Below are positions 11,911 through 22,594 of a stretch of DNA of 64,000 bases, one piece after another; positions within the stretch are counted from its first letter, which is position 1, and every line of letters starts with the position of its first letter. Position numbers and translations under genes: made by a program. Under the pieces are notes generated by a model, which made no database searches, was not told the DNA's origin, and was given only the letters and a program-made list of their open reading frames with translations. The stretch comes from Massalongia carnosa (Eukaryota): NCBI GenBank assembly GCA_965645245.1, contig OZ287067.1, positions 1,860,001-1,924,000 on the forward strand, read 5' to 3'.

Positions 11911-12058
11911 GTCTATTTGTTTCTGGAATTTTGCTAGTTTGTTCTAGCACCCTATTCAATTTCTAATCAATCATTTCTAACGTTGCTTTAGGCTTGATTG
12001 ATTTCTTTGCCAGTAGAGAATTGACGTGATCAATGACCATAGCCGTTTCGGGGTTTTG

Positions 12059-12554
12059 TATAAGAGGGACAGTAGACACTAGTCCTTATGGGTTATAATG
12101 CTCAGTATGACTGCTAATAGATTGGTAGGTGCTAAAGCTAAAAGCTGATTCCCTGAAGATGGGAATCGAGCTTTCTATATACCCCTTGGGGTCCTATTTA
12201 CAAACTACTTGTCTGGTTACCTCTCTGCCTTGTTGCCTTCAGCTGAGGTCTAGTAGATAGCCTTGCTGCCTTCAGCTGAGGTCTAGCAGATAACCTTGTT
12301 GCCTTCAGCTGAGGTCTAGCAGATAGCCTTGTTGCTTTCAGCTGAGGTCTCCTAGGCGTCCCAGGCCTCCCATGAGATCGAGGCTTATCTGAATAGCTTT
12401 AGTTGCTGCCTAACAAACTGGTAAGGCTGATTGCTGATGGCTTAGTATTGCTATCCGCCTTATCATGACTAAGCATCCGGATTATCAGTCACCCAGTCTT
12501 CTTGGGTGAGTCATCCCAGGAGCTAGCGCAGTCCTGTATTGCCGCGCTATTACA
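12059..12554. repeat. Solo LTR family Y (496 bp) with four internal 33-bp tandem repeats
   Basis: TSD TTTTG at 12054-12058 and 12555-12559. Empty site visible near 5267. Inverted copy at 18332-18828. Confidence 0.92.
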
Positions 12555-13479
12555 TTTTGATCTAGTACGAATGACTCCAATAATGCATTTTTTGCCGTAT
12601 TCAATAGTTGAATCGATTTTGTTCGATTGATGACTTCTTGACTTTCAATCGAATGTTCGTCAAATGTTCGTCTTTTGTTGCGTTTAATTAGTAGACTCAG
12701 TCGAATATCAGAGTTCAATGATGGCATGGGCAGATTAGTACTGAATTCACCAGATGACGCGACAAAAGATTTCGCTTTTGGGGTGGGTGTGGACGGTGCG
12801 GACGAAAATTCTCGCGTTTGGTCCATGGCCTCCGTGGACTCAACGGTTAGGGGTGTGCTCCCAATTATCGCTACCGAAGATGGCGCGGGGGAGTCGGTTA
12901 GGGGGGGGCCCGGAGGCGTAGTAGGGGGACCCATAGATGTTTCGGAGGGGGGTCTGGGTGTTGAGTTGTTGGTATCAATCGATTTGTTCTATGACCTATC
13001 GGGTTAAACCTTCGATTGAGCATAGTGTTTTTTGCCTTTGCAATATTCCTTTTATCGCCACCAAATAATTTATTCTAACGTTCCCCGGACGTACTAGTCA
13101 GAATAGAATTTACACCTGTTTACTGGTCAAATAACTCTTTCTTTCCTATCCCTATTTATTTGACTATAACGCGTCAAATAAATCCTAATCGGGTTAAAAT
13201 AGACCGTTCCTCGCTAAGTCAGTAAGTCTGATTTAACCCTTTACCAGAGACTACAATAGGTGAAAATAATAAATTTTTTGTTGTTTTTTTCAATAATGAT
13301 AGATTTAATGCAATATAAGATAATACGAGACTTCCTATTCTGATTAATCTGAAACTGGACCTTTGGTATAATCCTATTCCAGACGTTTTTCCCCTTCTTT
13401 TCAGTGATCTGTTGACCGGCCGTTCAACGAAGATCGATAAAGCCAAAAATGGAATGTGCAAAAATTATACGTGAAATAT

Positions 13480-15621
13480 CCCTTCGTCTGGCAATTTGGC
13501 AGCTACCTTAAATAGGCTTAGTGAGATACCGTAGGGCTGAGTCGCGAACTTCTAAACATTCTCCCCTTTTTTTGTAAATAAGAAGGTAAACATCAATTGA
13601 AAATCATTAAAACATCTACAATTTCTTTAGAATAATCATGAGAGGCATTGAGATAGAAGTTCCTGACCAATCGGACGCTTTGCCCCCCTCAATTCTGAAA
13701 GAACAGGCCAAAAAGAATAAACCCAGCGTACAAAGCATAATTGACTCTATGCCCCCTCCGTCATCAAATTATTGCCCAATTTCGATCCCATTTCGAAAAC
13801 CACAGCCGGACGAGACGTTGCGCTTGATAAATCAGACTCCTTTCAGTTTATTCTGCCTCTTTTGTAGCTTTGAAATGCTTGAAATCATAGCTAAAAACAC
13901 CAATATTAAAGCGAAAAAGAAGTATACCCTAAACGACATCAAGAGACGTCAATGGCATGATACCTCTTCTTCTGAAGTAGGAGCTTTTCTGGGAATTCTG
14001 TTATATATGGGGTATACACTGATGCCACGTCTTACTGACTATTGGAACACATCTCCTAAATTTGCCATACATGACATGGTGATTTAAGCCATGAGTCTTC
14101 GAAGATGGGAGCAACTCAAGCGATTTTTGAAGATATCCAACCCCGACGAAGATGAGATCATTGATACTCGAGGCCCTGATTGGTGGAAAAAGCTGGAACC
14201 ATTGGCCACAGACTTTCGAAAAGCATCAAAGAAATACTGGATTCCTGGAAGTCATGTGTCAGTTGACGAGCAATTGATTTTATTCAGGGGTAGGAGCTGC
14301 CATACTATGCAAATAACCACCAAGGCGGCTGGTGTAGGCTTCAAAATCTATAGTTTATGTCAGGAAAATTATCTTTTTGACTTCTTATTTACCTACAAGG
14401 TGAGTAGAAAAGGCCTCAATTTGCATCGTACTAATTGCAAGACAGGTGTCCAAAATCAGTAAGTTAAAAACGCCTGGACAATTGAAATCTCCGACAACCA
14501 AATGGGATTTGTCTCCTTCCTCCCTAGTCGTCATTCAACTGGCTCGAAGTTTACCGTCTGATGAAGGCTTGAAATACGTCATCTTTCTGGACAACATCTT
14601 CACAAATACGAAGCTATTCAAAGCTCTGAAAACAATTGGAATTGGTGCCTGTGGGACGGCTAAATCAGGATGCGGTTTTCCTGTTGATCTGCCACGTCTG
14701 AGGGTTGCAGCCACCAAGAATAAGGACTGGGGAAAGAAGGCACTAATGACGGTACCTGCAAATAAAAATAATAAATCAAACATTGATGACGGGGACATTC
14801 TGTGTATAGCATGGGTGGATTTAAACACCGTGCAATTCATGACCACGGTTCATACAATTGAGGATTTGAAGACTTCTTTCTACAAGAATTCCCGTCGACG
14901 TCATAGAATTCCTGCAAATTCCAGAGTCATCGTTGATGATGAAGAAGAAAAGCTTCTATTTCCCATGCCCATCGTGGAATATAACCAGCACATGGGCGGG
15001 TCAGATGGGAATGCTCAGCAAAGAGCATATTATTCACCTCAAAGATCTAATCGTCGCTACTGGTGGTCAATTTTCATCTTTCTTCTGGATGCAGCCGTTC
15101 TAAATGCCTTCAAATTGTGGAGAATTCTGTATCCGAATTCAACACTCAGCCATTTGGACTTTCAAAAAGAAATAGTAAATGCCCTAATATCCAATCAAGC
15201 AGATGCCCTACGGAAACGTCCGACAGATGTCATAGTTACTACTAATCAAGACGTTAATAAAGACGTCGAGTCAACTTGCAAATGGGAGCATTTGAATAAG
15301 AAGGACTATTGTTTGGCCTGCAAAAGGCAAGTGCCAAGACTCAAACGACGCCGACCACTTGCGGAAATTGATGAAAATTGCACCAAAAGACGACGTGCAA
15401 GTCAGACCAGATGGCAATGTAAGAGCTGTGGACAATGTTGCAAAAAGGAGGCATGTTGGGAAATTTCACATAGATCATGAGGGGTGATTGAGGTGTTGTA
15501 CCAATTATCGTTGAAAAGGGAAAATCTGATTGGCCAGATTAAAGTTAATAGTCATTACCCGGAGACGGCGCGTGTAAAATTGAATATTACCTAAATGGCT
15601 GCCAAATTGCCAGACGAAGGG
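13480..15621 (+). mobile_element. piggyBac-type DNA transposon
   Basis: Perfect 24-bp TIR CCCTTCGTCTGGCAATTTGGCAGC at both ends. Absent from the paralogous site at ~6199. Confidence 0.93.
13638..15480 (+). pseudogene. piggyBac (DDE_Tnp_1_7-type) transposase with one intron (14400-14445) and one in-frame stop (14085-14087)
   Basis: VSVDEQLILFRGR, GFKIYSLC, IFLDNIFT, YNQHMGGSD and a C-terminal Cys-rich domain. The GTGAGT...ACTAAT...CAG intron joins the frames. Confidence 0.9.
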
Positions 15622-16025
15622 ATACTGTAAAAATTTGTGCTTGCAGAAGTTCCCGTAACCTTAAATGAGGAATAAACTTTAGAAGACTTTGACGTCGCGA
15701 CAGTTGTTGTACAGTACCGCGAGAGTAGATATTTTTTGTAGATAATTCTTATAGTAGTAATTGAAAGTATTGCGACAACAGAACAGAAGAAAACGAGAAA
15801 AAAGAGCGATTTTTGGTGATGTTGTTGATATTTGTTGTTTTTTCCAACTTCTAGAGCGCGCTTTATCACGTCGGTCGCGTGCGATCAGCAGAAAAACTCT
15901 GCTGGAGCTTTGCTAGAGCTCTCCTGCACTCAATCTGAGAGCGTTTTTGCTCTGGAGGAGCTCAAATGACTGAGAAATAGAGGCTCAATTGACTGTTAAA
16001 GTTATAGAGTATCAAAAGTTGCGGT

Positions 16026-17077
16026 ACTTGTGTTTCGATAGGTGTAAGATTTATAAACTCAGGGGTGCAACGAGTCCCATGATTATCTATGAGCATCAAT
16101 TTCTACTTCTTTTTAGGCTCCGAGTTTGTAGTCCTAATGAAATACTTTAAATATTCAATAGCTATTTTATCGGTAATAAACCCACTTTCTGATATTTCAA
16201 TTAAAGTCCCCGTAGTCAGCCCCTTTTGGAACCAGTTCTGCATTATTCATGTTATGATCTACCTAGAGACAAGTCATAGGAACACTAGAAACGAATCCAA
16301 TAAAGATGAAGAAGGCAAAAGACAATCGACAACCAGAATATGCCCCTATATATCCTCTACTGCGCTAGTACCCATGTGTTATAGTCGTCATAGAACCTTC
16401 TAGCAGCTGCGGGAACGAAATCGAAAGCGCCTGCGTGTTCTATCTACGATTGCCCTAGGCGGTGCCGAGTGCCGAGGTCGTGCCGTGTAGAATCCTGACA
16501 ATTCTACGACCTTGAATTATTAAAACGGGAAAAAGTGGTTGATGAGCGGCGGCGTTGATGCTTTCGATTATGATAAGAGATTTGCGATTTTCTGCACTGA
16601 TTAAATGGAACTCCTTAATATCTAATAGAATTAGAATTTCATGACCCTTAATACACTCAACTCGAACTCCTGCTTCATTAAAGTTCCAGATATCTTGTGA
16701 ATGAGTTATCCCCAACTCTGCAAGAACCCGCTAATTCGATCGAACCACAATCTTACATCCGACTCCTGAGCCGCAGTATATCGAACAACTGCCAGCGGCT
16801 TAGTCTTTATTATGTGCAGGCTATTGTCTTTCTACCATTGCCTAAACCACCGTGGACTTGGATCATTGAATTCGGCATCTTGAGCACAATTCAGAGTCTT
16901 AATAGCAGCAAAAACCGCTTTATGAGTAGGTTCAATACCATACGCAATCGGAGATCGAATGAATTCGTGAATGGCTCTGACCTGATGCTCCTCCAGTATT
17001 TTGTTCTACCCTTCAATTTTCTTCAGCGGCGTCTTTTCACGTTTAATTGAACTGTACAAAGTGATGTCGACGAGGTT
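16026..17077 (-). pseudogene. Decayed Fot1/pogo (DDE_1) transposase, central part
   Basis: DIWNFNEAGVRV, ENRKSLIIIESINAA, SESGFITDKIAIEYL and LMLIDNHGT motifs, with stops. Continues across the Copia-2 TSD at 31253. Confidence 0.75.
16250..16500 (-). repeat. Solo LTR family Z (related to the Gypsy-1 LTR)
   Basis: TG...CA ends. TSD ATTCA/ATTCT (4 of 5 match). Confidence 0.88.
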
Positions 17078-17479
17078 TATTGAATATCCAATTCCTGCCA
17101 GCACAATAATTACCTTTCAGTTCAATGAACATAGCACCTACGGCGGCCCTAGATTGACCTACGGAAACCGTAGATGCCGCATTAGGCTTAGTCCCAAGAT
17201 AAGATAAGATCACCTCGCTTAGAAGGGTGACCAGTAATAGGGAAAGATTGCTGCATAGCAACTCTTCATTCTTAACATCACGGTTATATATACCTTTATT
17301 ATTACATAGCCATATAGCAATAGTCATATACCTATTTCAACAGGTTATGAGCCCGGAAGGGTGCTATCGATTTAAAACGAATCGAAGCTTTTAATCAGCA
17401 GCATCGCAGTGCAATCAGCTAAGTATCGTTCCTATTCAATAAATCGTAGACACATGACTAAAATCTTTCTGTGTCTTTA

Positions 17480-17723
17480 TGTTATGATCTACCTAGAGAC
17501 AAGTCATAGGGACACTAGAAACGAATACAATAAAGATGAAGAAGGAAAAAGACAATCGACAACCAGAACCTGCCCCTATATATCCTCTACTACGCTAGTA
17601 CCCATGTAGTATAGTCGTATTGGAACCTTCTAGTAGCTGCGGGAACGAAATCGAAACTGCCTGCGTGTTCCATCTACGATTGCTCTAGGTCGTGCCGAGG
17701 TCGTGCCGAGTATAATCGTGACA
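17480..17723 (-). repeat. Solo LTR family Z
   Basis: TG...CA ends. Perfect TSD CTTTA. Confidence 0.92.
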
Positions 17724-17844
17724 CTTTAGAAACGATCCCTCAAATCACATCAATTAGTTCTCTCTTCTGTACATAGCGATTTCTTGTCAGAAGCACAAAA
17801 ATTGCGTGTTAGAAAGAGCATGAACACATTGATCGTACTACACC

Positions 17845-17978
17845 GAAGCCCTCGGATACCAAAGAGCTTGCTTAGCACGATATTCGAAGGCACCCAAGTC
17901 CTCGGATACCAGAGAGCTTGCTTCGATGGTCGAAGGCACCCAAGTCCTCGGACACCAAAGAGCTTGTTAAGCTCGATA
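17845..17978. repeat. 50-bp tandem array of the Copia-2 leader, left part
   Basis: Unit GATGGTCGAAGGCACCCAAGTCCTCGGACACCAAAGAGCTTGCTAAGCTC. Resumes at 25957. Confidence 0.9.
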
Positions 17979-18331
17979 TGTAACGGTTTGTAAGGGGTCA
18001 AGTCTAACAGCGTGACTACTATATAGATTCGATGAATATACGAATAGAGAGTGGTAAATCAATAAATTGATCAGTGACCCCTCGAAAGAAGTTGGCGATC
18101 AGGTCTTTATCCTATAGCCCCACTTCTTAGGGTCACCAGTCCGTTGATTTAATTACAGTGATTATGATTGGTACAATGAAAAGAAGATTACGAACACGAG
18201 CCGTGTCCTAGTCAGAGATCGGAGATCGGTTATAACTACCGATTCGCTTATGTCAGGACGTGCGTGACCTGACATTACCCTGCATCTAGGGCTCATGTTC
18301 TCAGGAGCCCGATGTGAAAGTTCTATGTAAC

Positions 18332-18828
18332 TGTAACAGCGCGGCAATACAGGACTGCGCTAGCTCCTGGGATGACTCACCCAAGAAGACCAGGTGACTG
18401 ATAATCCGGTTGCTTAGTCATGATAAGGCGGATAGCAATACTAAACCATCAGCAATCAGCCTTACAAGTTTGTTAGGCAGCAACTAAAGCTATTCAGATA
18501 AGCCTCGATCTCATGGGAGGCCTGGGACGCCTAGGAGACCTCAGCTGAAGGCAACAAGGCTATCTGCTAGACCTCAGCTGAAGGCAACAAGGTTATCTGC
18601 TAGACCTCAGCTGAAGGCAGCAAGGCTATCTACTAGACCTCAGCTGAAGGTAACAAGGCAGACAGGTAACCAGACAAGTAGTTTGTAAATAGGACCCCAA
18701 GGGGTATATAGAAAGCTCGATTCCCATCTTCAGGGAATCAACTTTTTAGCTTTAGCACCTACCAATCTATTAGCAGTCACACTGAGCATTATAACCCATA
18801 ATGACTAGTGTCTATTGTCCCTCTTATA
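18332..18828. repeat. Solo LTR family Y inside Gypsy-2
   Basis: Inverted copy of 12059-12554. TSD GTAAC/ATAAC. Confidence 0.9.
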
Positions 18829-21800
18829 ATAACTTCATATCGCATGTGGTTCCGGGTACTGCCCGAGTACTAGGGATAGCATCTTCAGACACACGTTATC
18901 CGTGTTCACTCTACAAGTCATGCTTGCTGTCATGAGTCCAAGTCTCAACTCTTTCTTATTGTTCTGTTGACGTCTCATCAGTCTTAACCCTTCGTTGTTG
19001 TTGAGCGTACCTTGCTGGCGGTGCCAACTTTTTTGGGCTTAGTCTCTTCTTTCTTTTCATATCAACAGGTAGGGTTCGTTGTTACTTTCTCTTTAAACAT
19101 CACCTCACCCAACTCCGTACTCCATATTTTCATCAATCTTTTATCATTTTACCATCAACCACTCCATCATCAACTCTCATGTCGAGGTCTAAACAACCTC
19201 GGCGTGTTGTTCCGGTTTCTGCCCGTTCATCGCGGGCCTAGCGGTCCCACCCGGCCCTTTCCCCCCCTCCTCGCCCCCGCTGCCCTACCACTCCTGGTCC
19301 GCAGGACCATGTTTTCCTGGGTGTTTTGGTTTCCCCCCGCCGCGCCACCCGTTTCCGCCCCGGTTCGTGGCGGTTCCCCTCTGCCTCCCCCTTTTCCGCT
19401 CCTCCACCCGCCCATTTGGGTGGGGCCTACCCCGGAGGTAAGCGTTTGCCTCCGGTATGCCAAGCAGACCCTTGGGGGCGACCCTGTCGCCTGTGATTGG
19501 TCCGAGGAGTCGGGGAAGTGTGGGGAGTGTCGCCGGAAGAAGGATAAATGTTCTCCGTAGGTGGAGCTCTATTAGGAAAATTTGGTCTAATTTGGGTAGG
19601 TTCCAGTCAATTTCCGCTGCTCGGTGGCTCATCTCTTGGGGGAGGTCTAGTGTCGAATTAATTTAATCATTTGACACTTTTAGGCAGGATTAGAGGTTGG
19701 ACCCCCTCCAGAGGAGGATATTTTGGTGATTGAAAAGGGGGTAAAGGGGTGAGAGAAGGTGGTTGTGGTGTGGTAGATAGCACTCTGATTCTGGATTATT
19801 CGACTCCAATGGAAATGGTTCATGCCTTCGATTTTCTTTTCTTCCTCGTAAGTGTTCTGGACGGTTTTTCCGGATATTGATTATGATAGTAATTAATTAA
19901 TTCCTGTGATCCTTCCATGTCTTCGACGGATAACTATTGATTATCCGTATCAGAAAATCCCATCCATTTCACCAGATATTGGAGTTTTCTATAGTGAATT
20001 CTACTATCCAGCACCTGTTCTACCTCCCATTGTTCTTCCCCTTCTACTTCTATAGGTAGAGGTGGTTCAGATATTTTGTTCGGGTCATATCTATAAGGTT
20101 CCAATAGGGAAACATGGAACACATTATGAATACCCTTCAATAACGGGGAAAGTTGGAGTTTATAGGCCTGTTTTCCTATAGGAGAGACAATTTCGTATGG
20201 CCCGTAATATTTGTAGTCCAGTTTTTTGGACGGACGAGTGGATTTAATATTTTTTAGCGTTCAGGAGGACTTTATCACCAATATTATACGTCTTGGGAAT
20301 ATGTTTCTGATAATAATATCTAGCCTGGCTACTTGAAGCTGTTTGTAATAATTTCTCCAGGTGTTTTCTTTTGTCCATTATGTCAGTGGCCAGGACGCGT
20401 GCAGCAGGAACCTCGGACCCCTTTTCAGTCAGAATATCGTCTTCCCATTTGGGCGCTTCTCCAAATATAGCTTCGAAGGGGGTCATTTTTATGACACTAT
20501 ATAAGCTATTATTATAAGCGAACTCTGCTAAGGGTAACCAATAAGTCCAGTCATCCTGTTGATAATTGACGTAGCATCGTAGATATTGTTCCAGTATCTG
20601 AGTTTGTCTCTCGGTTTGACCATCTGTTTGTGGATGAAAGGCTGTACTGTAACTAAGTCGAATTCTCAAATGATAACAGAAATGAGACCAGTACTTTGAG
20701 GTGAATAAACTACCCCTATCCGAGACAATAGACACTGGCATACCGAATTTGGTAAATATTTCTTCCACTATGACGTCAGCCATGATTTCAGCATTCCAGT
20801 CCTTTCGTGCGGGAATATCGAGAATATTTCGTATACGGATCCACCATGACAAGAATCGCATCATAGGCCACGGTTCGGCGGAGACTCGGGGGCAGATCCG
20901 TTATGAAGTCCATCGTCCAATTTTGTCTAGGCCCTTTTGGTACGGGTAGGGATTCTAATAACCCGAAGGGCTTATGTCTGGACAATTTGACTTGATGACA
21001 ACGAGTACACGTTTCCACATAATGCTTGATATCCTTGACCATTTCGGGCCAATAATATTTCCTCAGGATCAATTCCAACGTTCTGGAATAACCAAAGTGG
21101 CCCGCATTGGGATCATCATAATTCTGCCGCAAAAGTTCAGCACGTAATAGACCAGGGGGAATATACCACCTATTGTCCCTGCATAGGATATTATCCTTCA
21201 TGTGCCATCGGGTTTTTTCTAGGTCTCCTTCGACTTCGCCCCCCGACTCCCGCCCGTCTTAGAGTTGAGAGCCTGACGAGTCTTCGTTGCCCCCCGATTT
21301 ATCCCTCGACGCGTCATGTAGTCGTCCTATAGAATTCCGCCCCTCTTCCATCGACGATGCGATGGAGGGCCGTTTCTTCTGCACTAGTTGATCAGGCTCT
21401 TGCAGAATTTGTAAAACGGTACATAGTTCTATTGGGGCGGCCCCAAACGCCGAGTCTTTCTCAGAGACATTTTTTATCTCTTCCCGAGAAATTCCAAACT
21501 TCTCATCCGAAGTTTCCACGAGTTTGAGTCCAACTGATTTTAAATTAATCAATTTCTCGTGTAACTGAGAGGTATCGGAACTACTTCCTGATTTTTTCCC
21601 CTTAGTTCTTCCAACAACCGCAAGAATTTCAGGAATTTCGACAATTTCAGCCGAATCAATTCCAATTCCTTCAGTAGTTTGTTGGGCCTGCGCAGTACTC
21701 CGACAATTTTTGTCGACAACGGGTAGACTCATCAAATCGCGATTTGCCCTGTCTGATAATTCATTTATAGTAGATTCCCAATCCATAGCATCGTCAGCTA

Positions 21801-21915
21801 CTTGAGATTCACTATTCACAAGGGCCATTGTCCAATTTGACGTAATGGGCACCTCTATCCCACCCCGATTCCCCTCCGAGACCCCCCCGAATCTTTCAGG
21901 AATTATAACTCCGGC

Positions 21916-22077
21916 TACGCCGCGGAATGGGTTGGGTTTTGCCACAGTTGGGTAACCCAAGTTACTAATATTAGTATACTTTTAAGGGTTTAATTCTATG
22001 TATAGTATACTAGTATACTAAATATAGTTGTTTGGGTTGGGTTTTCAAGGTCAGAACCCAACCCATTCCGCAGCGTA
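21916..22077. mobile_element. hAT-type MITE (162 bp) in Gypsy-2 pol
   Basis: TIR TACGCYGCGGAATGGGTTGGGTT. 8-bp TSD ACTCCGGC/GCTCCGGC. Confidence 0.88.
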
Positions 22078-22423
22078 GCTCCGGCTTGAGGAGACAAGTC
22101 GTGCCTTTCTTCCATATAATCCGGGCGTCTAGAGGGTCCATCGGCTGGATTATGACGACCTGGACGATATTCAATGACGAGATCAAGACTAGAAAGTCTT
22201 TCCCACTATCTCGCCTCTCGTCTAGATAAATTTTTGGTAGTAAGAAAGGTACGAAGATTACAATAATCGGTTATTACCGGAATCAAATGTATCGCCTCAA
22301 GATAATATCTCCACTCCTTACATGCTTCAACAATGGCCAATATTTCTGTTTCGCCAACACCGTAGTTTAATTCGGCTGCATGCATTTTTCTTGACCAAAA
22401 AAGCAATAGGATGCCACTGTCCC

Positions 22424-22594
22424 TGTGACGAAGCGAGATAGTGAATAGATTTCTACCATTGCGCCACCTGTCCTTCCCGACCAAAAGGCACAATACTTAG
22501 TCCGCAGACCAAGCTCTATTCTACTATAACTGGGACTCCTGCTATGTTCGCTTTAGGTCCTGCCGTCCGCACCACGCTTGGTCGAACCGTTATA
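22424..22594. repeat. Solo LTR family X (171 bp) in the Gypsy-2 RNase H region
   Basis: Perfect TSD GTCCC. Ends TG...TA. Confidence 0.92.

Larger units (their letters stand above)
11410..16025 (-). mobile_element. Repeat element copy 2 (probable LINE 5' end) carrying three nested insertions
   Basis: Paralog of 4992-6601, interrupted by solo LTRs at 11630-11910 and 12059-12554 and by the piggyBac-type element at 13480-15621. Confidence 0.6.
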
